DNA of 64,000 nt, from contig JAZKIS010000002.1 in assembly GCA_040384725.1 (NCBI GenBank), forward strand, positions 7,682-71,681, written 5' to 3'. Both the position numbers and the translations under genes were made by a program. The stretch is from Patescibacteria group bacterium. Its GTDB lineage: Bacteria; Patescibacteriota; Minisyncoccia; Phycocordibacterales; Phycocordibacteraceae. Shown here in pieces: positions 57,412 through 64,000 of this stretch. The notes beneath the pieces were generated by a model that worked only from the letters and a program-made list of their open reading frames with translations, was not told the origin of the DNA and searched no databases. How positions within the stretch are numbered: the stretch's first letter is position 1; each line of letters begins with the position of its first letter.

Positions 57412-58459
57412 ACCTAACGCCAGGTCGCTTGAACAGGTACCAACACCGGCTGAGAGGCTAGGTAATCGCGTGAATTCTTTCATCGACGCCCTGCAAAAGG
57501 CCGGGAAGGATAGTGTGAGTCCAGGATCGATGGATCGAATGTACGGGGCGGCACGCCGGATGGTGAAGGCGGTGAGCTACACCGCACTTACGATGTCGCT
57601 TGCCGCAACCATGAACCATGCACGCACCCGTTACGAAATAACAGAGACAGCGAGCGCCGAGGGAGGGGTGGTGTACGAGCATGAAGATGAGCGGACCACG
57701 CAGATTATGCGTTTCCTAACCGGCGCCGGCGAGCTTCCTCCTGAAGACCGCACGATGTTCATACGAGAGGCAGTCCGGGCTGAGTTTGGAACATACAATG
57801 CCGAGATCGAGGCGAGTCTTCCTGGCATTCCTGAGGATTTTGAATCTCTAGACGAGGCCGCTCTCCGCACGCTCCTTCTTACGCGTTTTGAAGCGGTAGA
57901 GGAGCACATGAAGAAAATATTTCCTGAGCACAGGAGTGGAGGACGTGGGAGGAGAGTGTATTCTAGCGATCGCGTTGAGGAGATATTCAAAGAAGCCGTG
58001 GAGTCTCCAATGGAGAACGACCCCGAATATGCACAACTCATCTGGGAACTCCAGCAACGCGTTGGCGCCCCGAGAATCAGATGGGCTGCAGAAGGTGAGG
58101 ATGGCCTCGCGAGCTTCATGGCGCATCATGCAGGTGACGGGAACTCCTTTTACAATCCTGTAACGAACACGGTGTATCTCGCGCCACATTACTCAATCAA
58201 CGCTCTCGCATCAGAAGACGCACACTCGCTTCAGTTCAATGAGCGCCCCATCCTCTCCTACGCACACGGCATCTCGAGTTACGCGAGTACCGTTATGCTC
58301 GCATTGAGCGGCAAAGGAACTCTGAGCATTAGCCACCAGGGCCAGTACCAACACCCGGGAAGCTTTGAGCACGAGGCGCACTCAGTTATCGAGCCCCAAC
58401 TAATAAAAGACATCCAGGAAGAAGAGGATAGGATTGATGTCTTACGAGGGGAACAATAG
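57401..58459 (+). CDS. Hypothetical protein, possibly zincin-like
   Basis: 352-aa ORF; FYNPVTNTVY, SEDAHSLQ and EHEAH motifs. Confidence 0.65.
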   Translation: MEHEPNARSLEQVPTPAERLGNRVNSFIDALQKAGKDSVSPGSMDRMYGAARRMVKAVSYTALTMSLAATMNHARTRYEITETASAEGGVVYEHEDERTTQIMRFLTGAGELPPEDRTMFIREAVRAEFGTYNAEIEASLPGIPEDFESLDEAALRTLLLTRFEAVEEHMKKIFPEHRSGGRGRRVYSSDRVEEIFKEAVESPMENDPEYAQLIWELQQRVGAPRIRWAAEGEDGLASFMAHHAGDGNSFYNPVTNTVYLAPHYSINALASEDAHSLQFNERPILSYAHGISSYASTVMLALSGKGTLSISHQGQYQHPGSFEHEAHSVIEPQLIKDIQEEEDRIDVLRGEQ

Positions 58460-58506
58460 TCATACCTGCGCGCGGAATGTGCCCGGGCGTGGTATTTTAG
58501 GCCTAT

Positions 58507-59862
58507 ATGCAGGACCGCACGATGATAGGGGACCTTGCCGCAAAGGCAGGGGAATCAGTAACGATAAAAGGTTGGGTAGACGTCAGACGTGACCAGGGCA
58601 AGCTCGTCTTCTTCGACTTCCGCGATAGGTCAGGAACCGTTCAAGGAGTCGTGCTGCCCGGGGACGAAGCTCTCATGGAAGCGGCGAAGAGCGTCCGCCA
58701 CGAGTTCGTCGTATCGGTCGAAGGAATCGTTAATAAGCGTCCTGAGAAGAACGTGCAGGAAGGGAAAGTGAACGGAGATATAGAACTCGAGATCAAGGGT
58801 ATCGAGACACTCGTTGCTCCAGAGGAGGTTCCCTTCGACAAGGACGCAGACGACCTGACTATCGAGACGCGTTTTGATTACCGGCCGTTCACACTTCGAA
58901 GCCAGCGAGACCGAGACATATTCCGCGTGCAGTCGACCGTCCTTACCGCGTTCAGGAACTCGCTCGCAGAGCAGAGCTTCACTGAATTCCAGGCACCCGT
59001 GCTCGTAGGCGGAGACGCCGAAGGCGGCGCGGCCGTATTCGAGATTCCTGATTACTACGGCAAGCGCGCATTCCTCGCGACCTCCGGTCAGCTCTACAAG
59101 CAGATCATGGTAGGGCCCTTCGAGCGCGTGATGACGATCGCGAAGACGTTCCGTGCCGAGAAGAGCGCTACGACGCGCCACCTCTCGGAAATCGTACAGC
59201 TCGAGTTCGAGCTGGGATTCGTGAAGTCGCACGAAGATGTAATGGACGTGCTCGAATCAGTAGCACGCTCAATTTCCCAAGCGGTTGCAGACGCACACGC
59301 GGACGTGCTCGAAAGATTCAAGGTAGTCCCAGCGCTCCTTCCAGAAGGGACGTTCCCCCGCTTCACTCTTAAAGAAGCGCAAGAGATCATCGAGCGCGAG
59401 TTCGGCACTAAATGCATCGGCGAGCCGGACCTTGAGCCGGAGCACGAGCGACAGATTTGCGAGTATGCGAAGAGGGAGCTCGGTTCTGACTTCGTATTCG
59501 TGACGCATTTCCCGACCACCAAGCGTGCGTTCTACACCATGGCCGATCCTGAGGACCCGGAGCGCTCGCTCTCGTTCGACCTCCTGTTCCGCGGACTTGA
59601 GATCAATAGCGGCGCTCAGCGCATCCATGACTATGAGGAGCTCGTAGCGAAGATGAAGAGCCGCGGCATGGACCCGGAAAAATTCTCGTATTACCTCCAG
59701 GCTTTCAAGTACGGCATCCCGCCGCACGGCGGCTGCTCGACAGGACTCGAGCGCATAACCGCGCGTATGCTGGAACTACAGAACGTTAAGGAGGCGTCGA
59801 CGTTCCCGCGCGATATGAACCGTATCGACCTGCTTCTCTCAGAGGCGCAGCCTGAAGGATAG
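58507..59862 (+). CDS. aspS: Aspartate--tRNA ligase, short archaeal-like (probably non-discriminating) type
   Basis: OB fold GWV..RRDQG, AEGGA, FRAE, EINSGAQRIH, YGIPPHGG, FPRD; 451 aa without GAD insert. Confidence 0.9.
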   Translation: MQDRTMIGDLAAKAGESVTIKGWVDVRRDQGKLVFFDFRDRSGTVQGVVLPGDEALMEAAKSVRHEFVVSVEGIVNKRPEKNVQEGKVNGDIELEIKGIETLVAPEEVPFDKDADDLTIETRFDYRPFTLRSQRDRDIFRVQSTVLTAFRNSLAEQSFTEFQAPVLVGGDAEGGAAVFEIPDYYGKRAFLATSGQLYKQIMVGPFERVMTIAKTFRAEKSATTRHLSEIVQLEFELGFVKSHEDVMDVLESVARSISQAVADAHADVLERFKVVPALLPEGTFPRFTLKEAQEIIEREFGTKCIGEPDLEPEHERQICEYAKRELGSDFVFVTHFPTTKRAFYTMADPEDPERSLSFDLLFRGLEINSGAQRIHDYEELVAKMKSRGMDPEKFSYYLQAFKYGIPPHGGCSTGLERITARMLELQNVKEASTFPRDMNRIDLLLSEAQPEG

Positions 59863-59867
59863 GACCT

Positions 59868-61286
59868 ATGAAGATATCATTCGCGAAGACTGCTATAGGC
59901 TCTGCACCGAAGGGATATCTTCGGATGCGCTTTACCGAGGAACCGAGAGGCACGAAGAAATTCGTTCGGGAAGACGGCACTGAATGGCTTGAGCTCGGGA
60001 TTGGAAAAGCAAAGGACCTCACCAATCGCAAGTTCACTATCCTCATCCGCTCTCTCGTGCAGGCGGCGAAGCAGCAGGGAGCGCGCAAGATCGCCGTCTC
60101 CTTCGAGGCAACCCCACAGCTGTGGGAGAACATCTCGTTCGCGTCGGAAGAGCGCGGTGCGCAATCGTTCGCGGAGAACGTTGTTATGGCGAACTTCGAG
60201 TTCCGCACCTTCAAGACCGCACCCAAGGATGGGTGGAAGGACGTTCAGGAGATCCTTATCTGCGACGCTGCAACGCCCGCGATGCGTGCAGGCATCAAGA
60301 AAGGCCTCATCATCGGAGAGGCCGTAAACGCGACGAGGGAACTCTCGAACACTCCTGGCGGCTCCATGACCCCGAAAGGGCTTGCGAAAGCAGCGAAAGC
60401 TGCCGTAGCAGGGCTTCCGGTAACGGTTGCCACCTTGGACCGTGCAGCGCTCAAGAAGCTCGGCATGGGACTCCTTGCAGGCGTGGGTGCCGGCTCTTCC
60501 GACGAGCCTACGTTCACCGTTATGACGTACAAGGGCGGTAAGCCTTCCGAGAAGCCGATCGTGCTCGCCGGGAAAGGCATAACCTTTGATTCGGGTGGCC
60601 TTAACATCAAGCCGTCGAACAGCATCTATGAGATGCATCTCGATATGTCGGGCGCGGCGAGCGTTATCTATGCAGTGGCCCTTGCAGCAAGACTCAAACT
60701 GAAGAAGAACGTCATCGCGCTGGTGCCTGCAGCCGAGAACATGCTCGGGAACGACGCGACGCGTCCCGGCGACATCCTTACGTCCCTTTCCGGAAAGACC
60801 GTCGAGGTAACCGATACCGATGCGGAAGGACGGCTCGTGCTCGCTGACGCAATCACCTACGCGAAGCGCTTAAAGCCGGGTGTGGTTGTCGATGTCGCGA
60901 CGTTGACGGGCGCAGCTATGGTTGCGCTCGGTTTCCATGCATCAGGCCTCATGACCAAGGACGATACGCTCGCGAACCAGCTTCTCGCGCTTGGCGAAGA
61001 GTCCGGAGACTATGTATGGCGCCTGCCGCTCTGGGACGAGTACGAGACGGTTATCAAGAGCGACTTCGCTGACATACAGAACCACTCGATTGCAGGCGGG
61101 CGTTACGGAGGCGCTACGAACGGAGCCATATTCTTGTGGCAGTTCGCACGCGAGCTGAACTGCCCATGGGCCCATCTTGATATCGCCCCGAGAATGACAT
61201 CAGCGCGTGGCGAGGAGCTCGCGAAAGGCGCTGCAGGAGCGCCGGTGCGGCTTCTCATAGCGTTTATCGAATCATGGAAGGCGTAA
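59868..61286 (+). CDS. pepA: M17 leucyl aminopeptidase
   Basis: GKGITFDSGG, DMSGAA, DTDAEGRLVLAD, ATLTGA, WAHLDIA. Confidence 0.95.
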   Translation: MKISFAKTAIGSAPKGYLRMRFTEEPRGTKKFVREDGTEWLELGIGKAKDLTNRKFTILIRSLVQAAKQQGARKIAVSFEATPQLWENISFASEERGAQSFAENVVMANFEFRTFKTAPKDGWKDVQEILICDAATPAMRAGIKKGLIIGEAVNATRELSNTPGGSMTPKGLAKAAKAAVAGLPVTVATLDRAALKKLGMGLLAGVGAGSSDEPTFTVMTYKGGKPSEKPIVLAGKGITFDSGGLNIKPSNSIYEMHLDMSGAASVIYAVALAARLKLKKNVIALVPAAENMLGNDATRPGDILTSLSGKTVEVTDTDAEGRLVLADAITYAKRLKPGVVVDVATLTGAAMVALGFHASGLMTKDDTLANQLLALGEESGDYVWRLPLWDEYETVIKSDFADIQNHSIAGGRYGGATNGAIFLWQFARELNCPWAHLDIAPRMTSARGEELAKGAAGAPVRLLIAFIESWKA

Positions 61287-62014
61287 CCGCATACACGGGG
61301 TTCACGATACGCACCGGCTCGTTTGAGGGGCCCTACGACCTCATCCTCGACCTCATCGACAAGCGGAAGCTCTCGGTGAACGAACTGTCGCTTACGCAGG
61401 TTACCGACGACTACATCGCGTTCGTGCGCGGGCACGAGGCATTCCCGATGGAAGAGGCCGCTCAGTTCATCGGCGTCGCCGCGACGCTTCTTCTTATCAA
61501 GTCGAAGTCGCTCATTCCGGAGCTCGAGCTCTCCATGGAAGAAGAGGAGGATGTCGACGATCTAAAAAGGAGACTCGCGATGTACGAGAAGGTACGCGAG
61601 GCACGCTCGGAACTCTCACGGATATTCGGGAGGAACGTCATGGTGTCCGCGGGCGAGCGCGCGCCCACCCCGATGTTCGCGCCCGCCCGCGATCTTACGC
61701 TTAAGAACCTTTCAGACGCATTGGCGACCGCGCTCGCCACTCTCGAGAAGGCTGAAGAGAAGCTTCCAGAGGCTCGCGTACGCCCTTTGGTTACCATAGA
61801 GGAGATGATGGATACGCTCCTCTCTCGCGTGCAGCGCGCCATGACGCTCTCCTTCAAGGAATTCTCGGCCGGCAATACCGAGAAGGTCGAGGTTATCGTC
61901 TCATTCCTCGCGCTGCTTGAGCTCGTTAAGCAAGGCGCCGTTGAGGCAGCACAGCACGATCCCTTTACCGACATCAGGATCACGAACACGTCAGCGGGGG
62001 TACCACGCTATTAG
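61274..62014 (+). CDS. scpA: Segregation and condensation protein A
   Basis: FEGPYDLILDLI, ATLLLIKSKSL, FLALLELVK. Confidence 0.95.
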   Translation: MEGVTAYTGFTIRTGSFEGPYDLILDLIDKRKLSVNELSLTQVTDDYIAFVRGHEAFPMEEAAQFIGVAATLLLIKSKSLIPELELSMEEEEDVDDLKRRLAMYEKVREARSELSRIFGRNVMVSAGERAPTPMFAPARDLTLKNLSDALATALATLEKAEEKLPEARVRPLVTIEEMMDTLLSRVQRAMTLSFKEFSAGNTEKVEVIVSFLALLELVKQGAVEAAQHDPFTDIRITNTSAGVPRY

Positions 62015-62016
62015 TT

Positions 62017-62559
62017 ATGACTGTACGCATCACTTATTTTGTACACGGGACCACGACCGATAACGAGAACGGTCTATCTTCCGGATGGAATGACGTAGAT
62101 CTTTCGGCGCGCGGTATTGAGCAGTCGAAGGAATTGCCAAGCCTCCTTGCTGATAGCTCGTTCGACGTCGTATTCTGCTCTGATCTTAAGCGTGCAGTCC
62201 GCTCCGCGAGCCTTGCGTTCGGAGGCATCTATCCGATCATAGAGGATTCCCGACTGCGCGAGTGCAACTACGGAGACATGAACGGATTGCCGTCAGGTGC
62301 GGTAGAGCCGATGCAGGAGACTGCCATTACGACGCCCATGCCAAACGGGGAGAGCTATGAGGAGGTTAAGGTGCGCATTGCTGATTTCCTAGACATGCTC
62401 AAGAAGGAACATGATGGGAAGCATGTTGCGATCGTTGCGCATAAGGCACCGCAGCTTGCGCTCGAGGTACTGCTCAAGGGTAAGTCCTGGGACGAGGCGT
62501 TCGCCGAGGATTGGCGCAAGACGAAGGCGTGGCAGCCCGGATGGGAGTACGTGCTTTAG
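62017..62559 (+). CDS. Histidine phosphatase (phosphoglycerate mutase family)
   Basis: VHG, SDLKRA, LRECNYG, GES, IVAH. Confidence 0.88.
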   Translation: MTVRITYFVHGTTTDNENGLSSGWNDVDLSARGIEQSKELPSLLADSSFDVVFCSDLKRAVRSASLAFGGIYPIIEDSRLRECNYGDMNGLPSGAVEPMQETAITTPMPNGESYEEVKVRIADFLDMLKKEHDGKHVAIVAHKAPQLALEVLLKGKSWDEAFAEDWRKTKAWQPGWEYVL

Positions 62560-63326
62560 TAAAGAACAATAGAGAAGAAGAGCACCGCGAGTACGATGCG
62601 ATAGATGCCGAACGGTATGAAAGTGTAGCGGCGCACGATCTGCAGCAGGAAGCGCATCGAAAGGAGCGCGACGAGGAAGGCGGTTACGAAGCCGAGTGCG
62701 AGGAGACCGAAGTCGTCGGTTGCGAACGTATCCGCTGACTTCAGAAGGTCGTATCCTGTAGCCGCTATCATGGTTGGCACCGCAAGCAGGAACGAGAACT
62801 CGACGATTGCTACCCTGCGCATGCCGGCCACAAGACCTCCTATGATAGTTGCAGCAGATCGGGATACTCCAGGAATAATCGCGATGGACTGGAAGAGACC
62901 TACGAGGAGCGCCTGCCTGTAGGTTATCTCTTTCGCGCCCTCAAGTGATTCCGGCTTCTCCTTATGCATGAGCTCGAAGAGAATCAGTATGATGCCACCG
63001 ATAAAGAGGGAGGTGACCACGACCAACGAATTCCCGAGCAGGAACCCTTTCACATACGGATACACGAGGAACCCAACGAGGCCGGTGGGCAGGAAGGCTA
63101 CGAAGAGCTTCTTCAGGAACGTAAAGTCGAGGAAAGACTTCCAGTAGAGGAAGATGACGGCCGCGATAGCGCCGAGCTGTATTGCGATCTGGAACGACGA
63201 CAGGAAGGCGCTCGGGGGGATGCTGAGGAGCTCGCTTGCGAGTATGAGGTGGCCCGTAGAGGAGATCGGGAGGAATTCGGTGATGCCCTCGATAATGCCA
63301 AGGATAACGCTGTCGAGCGGAGTCAT
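62556..63326 (-). CDS. uppP: Undecaprenyl-diphosphate phosphatase
   Basis: EGITEFLPISSTGH, IQLGAI, PGVSRS. Confidence 0.96.
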   Translation of the reverse strand: MTPLDSVILGIIEGITEFLPISSTGHLILASELLSIPPSAFLSSFQIAIQLGAIAAVIFLYWKSFLDFTFLKKLFVAFLPTGLVGFLVYPYVKGFLLGNSLVVVTSLFIGGIILILFELMHKEKPESLEGAKEITYRQALLVGLFQSIAIIPGVSRSAATIIGGLVAGMRRVAIVEFSFLLAVPTMIAATGYDLLKSADTFATDDFGLLALGFVTAFLVALLSMRFLLQIVRRYTFIPFGIYRIVLAVLFFSIVLY

Positions 63327-63409
63327 AGTGGAAAAAGTATACCAGGGCTTTCTCGTCCCCAGTCCCAAAGGGTTGCCGTACCAGCGTTTGACGGTATTCT
63401 TTAGGGACT

Positions 63410-63952
63410 ATGGCGCTCGCGCTCTCATCCCGGCTTGAAGCCCTTCTCTTTGCCTCTGGCGAACCGCTTACGAAGAAGCGACTCGCGGCATTTCTGGATA
63501 CGAATCAAGACGGTATCGAGGATGCTCTGAACGCGCTCAGGATCACGCTCGAGGATAGAGGACTCATGCTCGTTGAGGCAGGAGAGACAGTCGAGATGCG
63601 CACGAGCCCTGAGGCTGCCGACACTATCCAGAAGCTGCGCGAGAGCGAGCTTTCAAGGGACCTCGGAAAGGCGAGCCTGGAGACGCTCGCTATCATCCTC
63701 TATAAGGGAGGCTCGACGCGCGGGGAGATCGACTGGGTACGCGGCGTGAATTCAGGAGCGGCTATCCGCGCACTTCTCTTGCGGGGACTTATCGAGCGCA
63801 CCGAAGACAAGGACGACAAGCGCCGTGCCTTCTATAAGCCGACCGTCGATGCGCTCGCGCATCTTGGCGCAGGCAAGCTCGAGGACCTTCCTCGCTATGC
63901 AGAACTGCACGAGGCACTTGCCGCGAACGAAGCAACCGCATCCGACGTATGA
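63410..63952 (+). CDS. scpB: Segregation and condensation protein B
   Basis: LEALLFASGEP, LETLAIILY, RGVNS. Confidence 0.95.
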   Translation: MALALSSRLEALLFASGEPLTKKRLAAFLDTNQDGIEDALNALRITLEDRGLMLVEAGETVEMRTSPEAADTIQKLRESELSRDLGKASLETLAIILYKGGSTRGEIDWVRGVNSGAAIRALLLRGLIERTEDKDDKRRAFYKPTVDALAHLGAGKLEDLPRYAELHEALAANEATASDV

Positions 63953-64000
63953 CCACACCCGCTCCAGACCTGAAGACGCTCATACGGAGGCTCGAGAAGC
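63949..64000 (+). CDS. Start of next gene (truncated by window edge)
   Basis: ATGA overlap with the scpB stop; frame open to the window end. Confidence 0.5.
   Translation, partial: MTTPAPDLKTLIRRLEK

Overview
This window looks like a ~64 kb piece of a Patescibacteria (CPR, probably Parcubacteria) chromosome using genetic code 11; the taxon is inferred from gene content. The + strand backbone is housekeeping: end of the F1 ATP synthase operon (atpA-G-D-C), ychF, mnmA, ung, pepF, infA-rpmJ-rpsM-rpsK-rpsD-rpoA-rplQ-rplM-rpsI, grpE-dnaK-dnaJ, six aminoacyl-tRNA synthetases, tRNA-Tyr, pepA and scpA/scpB. Small accessory genes are interleaved, many with their own promoter, Shine-Dalgarno (SD) and terminator. 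Main observations: (1) a ~31-bp intergenic site resembling the 3' end of tRNA-Gln brackets single-gene cassettes at three separate loci, with no integrase or tRNA-Gln in the window, suggesting a dispersed cassette-capture system; (2) a 42.5-47.9 kb island encodes a thymidylate-synthase-like domain with the cytosine-type Asp fused to a SAM methyltransferase, plus an NDT-RHH regulator with operator-like repeats, a Gfo/Idh/MocA oxidoreductase, a dTMP-kinase-like protein and two CYTH proteins; (3) an amidinotransferase sits next to a PRMT-like methyltransferase; (4) a candidate stand-alone ncRNA and a leader-peptide attenuator; (5) many core genes have leaderless-type starts. All calls come from reading motifs by eye; no database searches were run.
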